From positions 1 to 40,725 of the forward strand of contig CALQYY010000003.1 in assembly GCA_943349075.1 (NCBI GenBank): a stretch of DNA of 40,725 nucleotides, in the 5' to 3' direction. Of this stretch, positions 7,640-16,054 are shown piece by piece. Each line of letters opens with the position of its first letter. Within the stretch, counting starts at the first letter, position 1. Both the position numbers and the translations under genes were made by a program. Below the pieces are notes generated by a model that saw only the letters and a list, made by a program, of their open reading frames with translations, was not told where the DNA came from and ran no database searches. Source of the stretch: Candidatus Magasanikiibacteriota bacterium. GTDB taxonomy: Bacteria; Patescibacteriota; Patescibacteriia; Magasanikbacterales; 2-02-FULL-50-9b.

Positions 7640-8254
7640 TTATATCTCTCTCACACACTTATCCTCAGCTATCTGCGCATCCTTACGCATTTTTTCTGGC
7701 ACAACAAAACTCCGTTTGTTTAAATTTGTACCACTGATCGCAAAGAATTTTTCTGATTTCCACATCTGCCAACATGGTCCTGGTGAATTATCTACACCCG
7801 ATTCAAAGAAAATAAAATCACCACCAATAACATCAGCACCTCTAAATTCAGAACCAAATGCGTAAGATGATTTAATTTTTTCAGAATAAATCATCTTTGC
7901 ACCAAGCACAGCGTCAACGGAGCCTGTCTGCTGGTATTGTACATCACGAGTTGCATCGTATAACCAAATATTTTGCGTATCACCCATATTTCCAGACTCT
8001 GTAATAAAATAATATCGCATCGGATTTGTATCATCTTTAAAAGTTTCGACACCGTGTGCGCGATGAATTGCGAGCTCTACCCGCGCTGCAAATAACTCCG
8101 ACTTTAATTGAGTATTTTCTGAAGAAAGTTGTGATGTCTCAGACTGAACAATGTTTGGCTCCAATGAAACTTCTACACTTTCAGGACTAACTTTCTGACA
8201 CCCTCCACCAATAAGTAGAAGCATCGCTGGCAAAACAAAATATTTCAATTTCAT
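7640..8254 (-). CDS. putative lipoprotein, hypothetical (cassette 2)
   Basis: MKLKYFVLPAMLLLIGGGC signal, short coiled coil; mature part not visibly similar to cassette 1. Confidence 0.75.
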   Translation of the reverse strand: MKLKYFVLPAMLLLIGGGCQKVSPESVEVSLEPNIVQSETSQLSSENTQLKSELFAARVELAIHRAHGVETFKDDTNPMRYYFITESGNMGDTQNIWLYDATRDVQYQQTGSVDAVLGAKMIYSEKIKSSYAFGSEFRGADVIGGDFIFFESGVDNSPGPCWQMWKSEKFFAISGTNLNKRSFVVPEKMRKDAQIAEDKCVREI

Positions 8255-8304
8255 ATATACAAATTATTTTAAACTAGTATATCATCGGGGGGGGGTCATC
8301 GCAA
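8237..8304 (-). promoter_or_regulatory. 45-bp block copy 2 and promoter with a 9-nt homopolymer in the spacer
   Basis: TTGCGA(8304-8299)-17 nt including C9 (G9 on plus, 8287-8295)-TATACT(8281-8276). Confidence 0.7.
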
Positions 8305-8396
8305 CACACACCCCTTGACAAAACATATACACATATCGCCAAACCCCAACAAAACGTGATAAAATATCACCAATAATTAATCAGGTAACAAAACGT

Positions 8397-8678
8397 ATGG
8401 CAAAAATGACAAAGTCAGCGATCCTTGATGCATTAGCTGGCAGCACAGAACTCACAAAGAAGGATGTCGGCGCAGTGCTCGACGCAATGGCAACTCTCGC
8501 TTACAAGGAAGTTAAGAAGAGTGGCGAATTCGTTGTTCCAGGTATCGGAAAGCTTGTTAAGATCGCTCGCAAGGCACGCATGGGCCGCAACCCAGCAACT
8601 GGCGAACAGATCAAAATTGCTGCAAAAACAGTAGTTAAGTTCCGCGTTGCAAAGGCAGCTAAGGACGCAGTACTCTAA
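8397..8678 (+). CDS. hup: HU family DNA-binding protein
   Basis: MTKSAILDALA, RKARMGRNPATGEQIKIAAK, VKFRVAK. Confidence 0.96.
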   Translation: MAKMTKSAILDALAGSTELTKKDVGAVLDAMATLAYKEVKKSGEFVVPGIGKLVKIARKARMGRNPATGEQIKIAAKTVVKFRVAKAAKDAVL

Positions 8679-8698
8679 AGCGACCAGACGTTAAAACT

Positions 8699-8729
8699 AA
8701 AAACACCGCCTTCTCGGCGGTGTTTTTTT
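8699..8729. terminator. bidirectional intrinsic terminator
   Basis: AAAAACACCGCC-TTCTC-GGCGGTGTTTTTTT between convergent genes. Confidence 0.9.
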
Positions 8730-8733
8730 AATT

Positions 8734-9447
8734 CTATTTTCCGCAGTAATGTTTGAGCGTCACCATCAAATCCTCATTCTGCTCTGCAGGATTTTTTGCC
8801 GACTCGCTTCCGAACAACCAATCGAGATATCCATGATCGCTCGCAGCCACTTCCTCGAACGACTTCCCACGATATTTTCCGAATCCAAAACTCTTAAGCA
8901 AAACCGGTGTGTTCGTGAGCTCAATCATTTTTTCAACTGCAACCTCACCTTCCACCCCAAACTTCTCAGCCACAATTTTTTCCAAATGATTGTACAACGC
9001 CTCCAAAACCAAAATGTCACCAAGCGCATCATGCGCATTCACACCGGTTATATTGAGTCCCAAAAAGTATCGGAGAAACTGAAGGTTGTATTGCTCTGCC
9101 TCAATCACATGGCGCGCAAGTCGAAGCGTATCAATCGCACGCTCAACCGTGACACCCTCGTTTTTGAGCACCTCAATATCAAATGGCGCGTTGTGCGCAA
9201 CAACAACTGTCGACGGAATTTCTTGAACGAGCTGATTAAAAACCTCGCTACCCCCAAACACTGGTTTATCGGCAACCATTTCGTTTGTGACATGATGAAT
9301 CGCCATCGCGCCATACGAAATTGGCATCGGTGGTTTGAAATATTCATTCACCACAACCCCACTCGCTGGGTTTTTGTATGCAAGCTGCACTAAGCGGCGC
9401 GTCGGTTCCAAATCAGTTGTTTCGGTATCAAGAAAAATCAAATTCAT
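8734..9447 (-). CDS. DEDDh 3'-5' exonuclease (ExoX-like) with C-terminal FGKYRG domain
   Basis: FLDTETT, VAHNAPFD, IDTL, AHDALGD, FGKYRGK..YLDWL. Confidence 0.9.
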   Translation of the reverse strand: MNLIFLDTETTDLEPTRRLVQLAYKNPASGVVVNEYFKPPMPISYGAMAIHHVTNEMVADKPVFGGSEVFNQLVQEIPSTVVVAHNAPFDIEVLKNEGVTVERAIDTLRLARHVIEAEQYNLQFLRYFLGLNITGVNAHDALGDILVLEALYNHLEKIVAEKFGVEGEVAVEKMIELTNTPVLLKSFGFGKYRGKSFEEVAASDHGYLDWLFGSESAKNPAEQNEDLMVTLKHYCGK

Positions 9448-9450
9448 AGA

Positions 9451-9789
9451 CTATTTGCGCGCTAGCTGATTAAAAAAAGAACTTACAAGTGAAACAACAA
9501 AGCTAAACAGAAGCGCCCACCAGAACCCATCAACGCCAAACCCTGGAATAATGTAAGCAGCAAGCATCACAAGCGCAGCATTGATCACAAAAACAAATAG
9601 GCCGAACGTAATAACTGTCACTGGCAACGTCAAAAACACCAAAATCGGACGAACAAACGCGTTGAAAACGCCAAGTGTGATCGCAACAAGCGCTGCGACC
9701 AAGAAATTTCGAACATGCACACCCGGAATCAGCGCCGATGCCACAAGAACAGCTGTTGAGTTAAGCAGGATCCTCAGTAAAATTTGCAT
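9451..9789 (-). CDS. YvlD-like 4-TM membrane protein (so-called phage holin family IV)
   Basis: NAFVRPILVFLTLPVTVITFGLF.FVINA, PGF.VDGFWWALL. Confidence 0.88.
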   Translation of the reverse strand: MQILLRILLNSTAVLVASALIPGVHVRNFLVAALVAITLGVFNAFVRPILVFLTLPVTVITFGLFVFVINAALVMLAAYIIPGFGVDGFWWALLFSFVVSLVSSFFNQLARK

Positions 9790-9792
9790 ATA

Positions 9793-12177
9793 TTATCGAA
9801 TAGTCGCGCTGCATTTAGATTCGAGCGCGTTGATTACCGCCGCGTGTGCAATTGCAAGCTCTTCGCCTGACAACGTGTGATCGTCTGAACGATACAGCAC
9901 ATGAAGTGCTGGCGCCTTTTTGCCCTCGCCGAGCTGAGGTCCTCTGAAAATGTCGAACAATTCAACATTTCGAACAAGTGGGTGCGCACCCAAAACAGCT
10001 TGGGTAATCACATCAAGATGTACCGACTCATCGACAGTAAAAGCTACGTCCCGAACAGAACCCTGAAAAACCGGCGCTGAACTGTATTTTTTGCTGAGTG
10101 ATTTCTGAGAGTAAAGCAGTGTTAAATCAATTTCGGCAAGTACTGTTTCGTGTTCGAGTCCCATCTCATTTTGAATTGTCGGGTCTAATATTGCGATACA
10201 CCCAACAACACAATCACCGACCACAACAGAACCTGCAGATCCTTTTTTCCACCAACCCTCAAAGCTTTGTGGAAGCACAACACTGGCCTCATATCCAAAA
10301 TTTTGAAGCACGCGAATCACCATTTCACGAACCTGCGCAAAATTTTGCTTTGCGTGTTTTTCAGAAAATGCAATTCCTAATTTTGTTGGCTGCGCATCGT
10401 GTGAAAAAACTTTTGCGATTTCAAAAATCGCAACACGACTCTGGCTGCGCTGATTTTTCTCAACAACCTCCGCGAGATTCATGACGAGTGTCGGCGCCAA
10501 ATATGGTCGCTCGCTCGAAAGTGGATTTGCAAGTTCGATGAGCCCCTCGCTCGCATATCCAAAAAGCGCAGCCGTCTGTGGACGCACATACGCATACGTA
10601 TTCACCTCCGTGAGGCCGTGTCGAAACGCGCACAACTCTTTGATGCGATATTGCTCTCGCACAACCGGAAGCTCCTCAATATTTCGAAGCGCAATTGCAG
10701 GAAGCGCTGATGGAATTTTTTCGTAACCAACCAAGCGCACAATTTCCTCAACGATATCGTGTACACCTTTAATATCTTTCAAACGAAATGTTGGAACGGT
10801 CACGCGAATTTTCTTTGCGTCACCCTTGCAGACAAACCCAAGCTGTCCCAAAATCTTTTTTGCCGCACTGAGCGTAATTCCCTCACCAATCGCGCGCGTA
10901 ATATCGTCCTGCGAAACATCAAGTGTTCCTGGTTTTGGCAACGCTTTTTTCTGATCAACAACTTTCGAAACAACGCGCGCCGCTGGAAAAATCTGAAGAA
11001 GGAGTTCAACTGCACGTGCCAACCCAAGTTCGGTATTATTTGCATCCAAACCTTTTTCAAAACGACTCGAGCTTTCCGTGCGCACGCGCATACGCGTAGA
11101 TGTCTGACGAACTGAACTTCCTGAAAAATTCGCCGACTCAATCACAACTGATGTCGTCGCATCCGAAACCGCGTGTTCCACACCGCCAATCACACCCGCA
11201 ACTGCAATCACATCATTTTTTGTTGCAACAACAAGTCCTCCCGCTGGAATGTCATACGTTTTCCCATCAAGCGCGTTTATTTTTTCGCCCGCGTGCGCTT
11301 TTCGCACAACAATTTTTCCTCCCGCAGAATTAAAATCAAACGCATGAAGCGGCTGACCCGTTTCAAGCATCACATAATTTGTAACATCAACAAGCGCGTT
11401 GATTGGTCGCACACCTGAAACCAGCAAACGCTTCTGCATCCATACTGGCGACGGCGCAGCAGCAACACCGCTAACAACTACCGCCTGATAACGAGAACAC
11501 AAAGCACTATCGTCAACCGAAACATCGAGTGCAACATCCGATTTCCCTTTAATAGTTTTCGCAGCTGGCAACATAACTTTTGCATCAAGCACTGCGCCGA
11601 ATTCGCGCGCGAGCCCGCGAAGGCCCCACAAATCCGGACGATTCGACAACGCCTTGTTATCGAGCTCAAACAACACACCATTTTTTCCGAGCGCCTGCGC
11701 AAGTGGAGTTCCAGCCTTCGCTTTGAGATGCGACAAATCCAAAATTTCTTTCTCACCACCTTTTGGAAAATCTGCCGCCAAACCAATTTCGTCAGCACCA
11801 CAAATCATGCCATCACTTTTGATTCCACGAATTTCAGCAGGCTCGAGCGTAATTAAATCACCCTCGCCATGCCACTGCACGCGCGCACCAATACGCGCGA
11901 GCGCAACCTTCTGTCCAATTTCCAAATTCGAACCACCGCACACAATCTGAAGTGGAACATGCTCACCAACATCAACCAAACAAATGCGAAGCCGATCCGC
12001 TTTTGGATGTGGACCAATTTCACCAATCACGCCAACGCAAATGTTGTCGAGAACTTCGCCTTCGCGAACAATGCCCTCAACTTCTGCTGTTCGGAGCGTA
12101 AAAATTTGCGCGATTTTTTCATCGCTTTGCCCTGTAAGATCTACAAATTCTGATAACCATTCTTTTGAGATGAGCAT
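9793..12177 (-). CDS. pheT: phenylalanine--tRNA ligase beta subunit
   Basis: MLISKEWLSEF, HPKADRL, SDGMIC, NRPDL, DVTNYVMLETGQPLHAFD, RFEKG, C-terminal RDVAF anticodon-binding domain. Confidence 0.98.
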   Translation of the reverse strand: MLISKEWLSEFVDLTGQSDEKIAQIFTLRTAEVEGIVREGEVLDNICVGVIGEIGPHPKADRLRICLVDVGEHVPLQIVCGGSNLEIGQKVALARIGARVQWHGEGDLITLEPAEIRGIKSDGMICGADEIGLAADFPKGGEKEILDLSHLKAKAGTPLAQALGKNGVLFELDNKALSNRPDLWGLRGLAREFGAVLDAKVMLPAAKTIKGKSDVALDVSVDDSALCSRYQAVVVSGVAAAPSPVWMQKRLLVSGVRPINALVDVTNYVMLETGQPLHAFDFNSAGGKIVVRKAHAGEKINALDGKTYDIPAGGLVVATKNDVIAVAGVIGGVEHAVSDATTSVVIESANFSGSSVRQTSTRMRVRTESSSRFEKGLDANNTELGLARAVELLLQIFPAARVVSKVVDQKKALPKPGTLDVSQDDITRAIGEGITLSAAKKILGQLGFVCKGDAKKIRVTVPTFRLKDIKGVHDIVEEIVRLVGYEKIPSALPAIALRNIEELPVVREQYRIKELCAFRHGLTEVNTYAYVRPQTAALFGYASEGLIELANPLSSERPYLAPTLVMNLAEVVEKNQRSQSRVAIFEIAKVFSHDAQPTKLGIAFSEKHAKQNFAQVREMVIRVLQNFGYEASVVLPQSFEGWWKKGSAGSVVVGDCVVGCIAILDPTIQNEMGLEHETVLAEIDLTLLYSQKSLSKKYSSAPVFQGSVRDVAFTVDESVHLDVITQAVLGAHPLVRNVELFDIFRGPQLGEGKKAPALHVLYRSDDHTLSGEELAIAHAAVINALESKCSATIR

Positions 12178-12178
12178 A

Positions 12179-13204
12179 CTATTGCTGTAAAAAATTCAAA
12201 TCACCTGCGTTAAATTCGCGCACATCGCCCACCCCATATTTAAGCATCGCGATTCGAGTGAGACCGAGTCCAAACGCAAAACCCGAAACTTTTTTCGGAT
12301 CGAGCTTCGCCGCCTTCAAAACTTCTGGATGAATCATTCCGCAACCAAAAATTTCAAGCCAACCCGTTCCTTTACACAATTTACAACCCTGACCCGCACA
12401 AATCACACACGTCACTTCCCCATTCATTCCCGGCTCCACGAACGGATAAAACTTTGGACGAAGTCGAACGTGCGTTTGCGGTCCGTACAAATGCTGCGCC
12501 GCCGCCTCAAGCGTTCCTTTGAGATGCGCGAGCGTCACGTTTTCACCAACAACAAAACCCTCGAACTGATAAAACGTGTGTTCGTGACGAACATCCGTTG
12601 CTTCATTTCGAAAACATCGCCCTGGCACAACCGCCGCAAGTGGCGCGCCGTACATCTGAAGCGCACGAACCTGCATGCCACTCGTATGCGTGCGCATGAG
12701 CAGTGTCGGATGGTCCTTAATGTAAAACGTATCCTGCATGTCACGTGCTGGATGATCCGCAGGAATATTGAGCGCTTCGAAATTATAAAATTCTGACTCA
12801 AGCTCGGGGCCGTCCAAAACCAAAAACCCTTTTCCGCGGAAAAATGTTTCCAAATTCTGACGAACTTCGGTGATTGGATGAAGCGCGCCATATTCCGGTC
12901 GTGGCAAAACAGGCTCTGAAATATCAATCGCGCCCGCGCCGGTCAGTGCAGCAAACTCACGGCGTCGAGCATTAATCATCACCTCAATTTCATTTTTTAC
13001 CTGATTTGCGCGCGCGCCAACCGTTTTTCTACTCTCCTCGTCCAGCGAGCTGAGCGTTTTTAAAATAGCTGTTAACTCGCCATTTTTTCTCCCTAAAAGT
13101 CCAATATCGCATTGTTCAACGCCTTCGGCATCTGGCGCCTTTGAAATCAAATCAGTTGCTCGAGCCAAAATTGCATCGAGCTGGGCTAATACCACTGCAG
13201 ACAT
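12179..13204 (-). CDS. pheS: phenylalanine--tRNA ligase alpha subunit
   Basis: NFEALNIPADHPARDMQDTFY, RTHTS, FYPFVEP, GFAFGLG; start reassigned to ATG 13204. Confidence 0.98.
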   Translation of the reverse strand: MSAVVLAQLDAILARATDLISKAPDAEGVEQCDIGLLGRKNGELTAILKTLSSLDEESRKTVGARANQVKNEIEVMINARRREFAALTGAGAIDISEPVLPRPEYGALHPITEVRQNLETFFRGKGFLVLDGPELESEFYNFEALNIPADHPARDMQDTFYIKDHPTLLMRTHTSGMQVRALQMYGAPLAAVVPGRCFRNEATDVRHEHTFYQFEGFVVGENVTLAHLKGTLEAAAQHLYGPQTHVRLRPKFYPFVEPGMNGEVTCVICAGQGCKLCKGTGWLEIFGCGMIHPEVLKAAKLDPKKVSGFAFGLGLTRIAMLKYGVGDVREFNAGDLNFLQQ

Positions 13205-13287
13205 ATGTCTAAAAACTATCGAATGATACCTGAAGTTATACACTATTTTGCCCATAAATTACAAGATCCGTGGCGCAACACCAATTG

Positions 13288-13316
13288 TTGACACTTCAGC
13301 AAAATTTTGCTATAAA
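13288..13316 (+). promoter_or_regulatory. strong sigma70 promoter of the Cys-rich operon
   Basis: TTGACA-17-TATAAA with TG extension; GGAGG SD at 13363-13367. Confidence 0.75.
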
Positions 13317-13374
13317 CAGACCCAGCCATCCACGCATTTGTGGGTGTGTCCGAATTCTATCCGGAGGTCCGAGA

Positions 13375-15000
13375 ATGAAGCCCTTTCTTTTGTTCATCTT
13401 GTTGGCGTGCGCAATTGGTGCGTGCGAAGGTTCTGACACCACCGTTCCATCCGTGGAAGCCGTTGGAGATGCATCCGGCGCTGACACTGTCCACAAAGAT
13501 GGTGGAGGAGCCGACACAAGCTCTGTGGTCATGTGCTCAGAGGCGCAGATGCAGACCGGCTACTGCGACGACTTCAACAAGTGCACCGAGAGCGACTCGT
13601 GTCGCGCTGACGGAACCTGCGAGGGCAACCCCTTCACCTGCGACGACGGCAACAAGTGCACCGTTGACTCGTGCTCCCCAAAAATTGGCTGTTCGACGGT
13701 GCCAAACATCGGAGCGCAGTGCAATGATGGCGACGAGTGTACAGGAAACGACGTGTGCAAATCCGGTGGCTCATGCGTCGGCGAAGCTAAGTCGTGCGAC
13801 GACGGCAATCCATGCACGATCGACGCATGCAACAAAAATAAGGGCTGCTACTACGCCAATTCGCAAGGTAGTTCATGCGAAGACGGCAATCCGTGCACCA
13901 CGAGCGACGCATGCCAAAATGGTTTATGCTCGCCTGGGCTCGCGAAGGTGTGCAACGACGGGAACGCCTGCACAACCGACAGCTGCGACCAAGAAGACGG
14001 TGTTTGCACCTCGTCGCCATCCGGCGAAAACGAGAAGTGCGACGACAACAACCCATGCACGGAAGATGATCGCTGCAAAAGCGGCAAATGCGCTTCCGGC
14101 AAAAGCAAGGTCTGCCCAAGCAATCAGTGCTACATAGAGATGTGCAGCGAAAGCACGGGTCAATGTGTCATCACGTTCGAAGGCAACATACTGACGACGT
14201 GCTCAGACAATGATGCGTGCACATCCAATGACACCTGCAACGTGACCGAGAAGAAATGTCAGGGCGTGCCGAAAAAATGCAATGACAGCAACGAGTGTAC
14301 GGAGGATTTATGCATCAGCTCGGTTGGCTGCCAGCATCCAAAGCAAGAGAACATCACGTGCGACGACAACGACTCCTGCACGAACCAAGACCTGTGCAAG
14401 CAAGGTGTCTGCGTCGGGCAAAAGAAAAACTGCAATGACAGCAACCCGTGCACGAGCGACTTTTGCGCGCCCAGCGGCCAGTGCGACCACCCCGTCGTCA
14501 CCGGGCAATCGTGTGAGGACGGCAATACCTGCACCAAGGACGATGTCTGCCAATCGTCGGGTGTGTGCATTGGCAAGAGTCTCGACTGCAACGACGGAAA
14601 CGATTGCACGAGCGATTCCTGCAACCCGACCAGCGGCTGCAAAAGCACCAAACTTTCGGGCAACGTTTGTTCAGATGGCAAACTCTGCACCGAAGGCGAC
14701 AAATGCTCCGAAGGCAACTGCGTCGGCAAAGCAAAAGTGTGCGACGACGGCAATCCTTGCACCGACGACGCGTGTCTAGAAGGAAGCGGTACGTGCCAGA
14801 ACAAAATTGTCGCCGCAGATTTGTACACCTGCAAAGACCCGAACAATGTCTGCGCGCCGGGCGCGATCGGGGTTTGCAAAGCAGGTGGTGTCTGTGTGAC
14901 AGAAGCGCCCTGCGACGACAACAACAAGTGCACAACCGACGCCTGCGACAAAGCGGCAAAAAAGTGTGTGCACCTGCCCGTTGTCGGGTGCATGCAATAG
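13375..15000 (+). CDS. Cys-rich repeat lipoprotein (CDDGNPCTxDxC, Dictyostelium/myxobacterial CTDC-type repeats)
   Basis: MKPFLLFILLACAIGAC lipobox-like signal after GGAGG; about 20 tandem ~24-aa four-Cys repeats. Confidence 0.88.
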   Translation: MKPFLLFILLACAIGACEGSDTTVPSVEAVGDASGADTVHKDGGGADTSSVVMCSEAQMQTGYCDDFNKCTESDSCRADGTCEGNPFTCDDGNKCTVDSCSPKIGCSTVPNIGAQCNDGDECTGNDVCKSGGSCVGEAKSCDDGNPCTIDACNKNKGCYYANSQGSSCEDGNPCTTSDACQNGLCSPGLAKVCNDGNACTTDSCDQEDGVCTSSPSGENEKCDDNNPCTEDDRCKSGKCASGKSKVCPSNQCYIEMCSESTGQCVITFEGNILTTCSDNDACTSNDTCNVTEKKCQGVPKKCNDSNECTEDLCISSVGCQHPKQENITCDDNDSCTNQDLCKQGVCVGQKKNCNDSNPCTSDFCAPSGQCDHPVVTGQSCEDGNTCTKDDVCQSSGVCIGKSLDCNDGNDCTSDSCNPTSGCKSTKLSGNVCSDGKLCTEGDKCSEGNCVGKAKVCDDGNPCTDDACLEGSGTCQNKIVAADLYTCKDPNNVCAPGAIGVCKAGGVCVTEAPCDDNNKCTTDACDKAAKKCVHLPVVGCMQ

Positions 15001-15009
15001 GAGGGTCCA

Positions 15010-15927
15010 GTGAAGATTCGTTCAATTCTTTTTATGATGGTGATGGCGGCGTGTGCTGCGTGCTCACCGGACGAAGCCGCAGCGCCACGCGATGTGGTGG
15101 CTGATACGGACACCGAATCCCCTGACCTCTCTGCGGAGGAAGTTCCTCTGCTCAGAATTGAAGGGGGTGCAGAGCTTTTGGTTGTAAGCGGCCAATTCCG
15201 TGCGCCCTGCGCGGAAAATTCCGAGTGCGACAACGGCTACTGTGTCCTGACACTCAGCGGCAAGGTGTGCTCAAAAAACTGCGCGAGCAGCTGCGAACAC
15301 CCCGAATTCGTCTGCGACCAAGCACCTGGCGGCGACCCTGTCTTCATCTGCGTCCCCAAGCACACAACTGAAGTGTGCGACGGGGTCGATAACGATGGAG
15401 ACTTCAAGGTCGACGAAGACCTGTGCGAGGATGGAAATCCGTGCACACTCGACGAGTGCAATCTCGGCGGGCCACAAGGGTCGTGCAAACACGTAGAGCT
15501 CAACGGCAATTCGTGTTTTGACGGCTCCGTGTGCACAGAAGATGACACATGCATCAATGGAGTCTGCAAAGGCGGCGCGAAAAAGAAATGCGTCGACGGA
15601 AACTCCTGCACCAAAGATGATGTGTGCGACCCGGCCAGCGGCTGCCAATTTCCTCCGCAAGCCGGTCCGTGCGATGACGGTAATCCATGCACAGGCATCG
15701 GATCCGACGAAAAGCAAGTCGCACCCGACACATGCGCAAGCGGCGAATGCAAGCCCGGCGCACCGTCACACTGCGACGACCACAACCCCTGCACAAATAA
15801 CCTGTGTAAGCCGGCCGGAGGCTGCTATTTCAAAGCAGTTCCCGATCAGCCAAACAATGGCTGCCCCAAAGATGGCGACCCGAGCACCGTCGAGTGGTGC
15901 GTCGCCGGTTTGTGCAGCTACAAGTAA
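15010..15927 (+). CDS. Cys-rich lipoprotein with CTDC repeats and a MopE-like EVCDGVDNDGD motif
   Basis: GTG start after GGAGGG; MKIRSILFMMVMAACAAC signal; EVCDGVDNDGDFKVDED; CEDGNPCT and CDDGNPCT repeats. Confidence 0.85.
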   Translation: MKIRSILFMMVMAACAACSPDEAAAPRDVVADTDTESPDLSAEEVPLLRIEGGAELLVVSGQFRAPCAENSECDNGYCVLTLSGKVCSKNCASSCEHPEFVCDQAPGGDPVFICVPKHTTEVCDGVDNDGDFKVDEDLCEDGNPCTLDECNLGGPQGSCKHVELNGNSCFDGSVCTEDDTCINGVCKGGAKKKCVDGNSCTKDDVCDPASGCQFPPQAGPCDDGNPCTGIGSDEKQVAPDTCASGECKPGAPSHCDDHNPCTNNLCKPAGGCYFKAVPDQPNNGCPKDGDPSTVEWCVAGLCSYK

Positions 15928-15960
15928 CCCAAACCCTTCGCGCCCAGGAAACGCGAAACC

Positions 15961-16004
15961 AAAAAGCGGAGCCACACCTCACCAGTGTCGCTCCGCATTT
16001 TTTT
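15961..16004. terminator. probable intrinsic terminator between convergent operons
   Basis: AAAAAGCGGAGC...GCTCCGCATTTTTTT. Confidence 0.6.
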
Positions 16005-16054
16005 ACTCACAAGTTTTCAATCGCACACCCCACGCGTGTCCTGAAAAATATAAC

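Noticed and set aside
9451-9789. Holin as evidence of a prophage
   Set aside because: The YvlD-like family is commonly chromosomal; it sits downstream of pheST with no phage genes nearby.
13205-13374. Upstream extensions of ORF-track starts (pheS 13255, Cys-rich 13270; similarly 893, 5983, 27861, 29538, 32002)
   Set aside because: They run through promoters or neighbouring genes; downstream ATGs fit signal peptides, SDs or family N-termini better.
13375-15927. Cys-rich repeats as DGR template/variable repeats or DNA tandem repeats
   Set aside because: Repeats are conserved at protein level with synonymous divergence; no adenine-specific pair and no reverse transcriptase seen.
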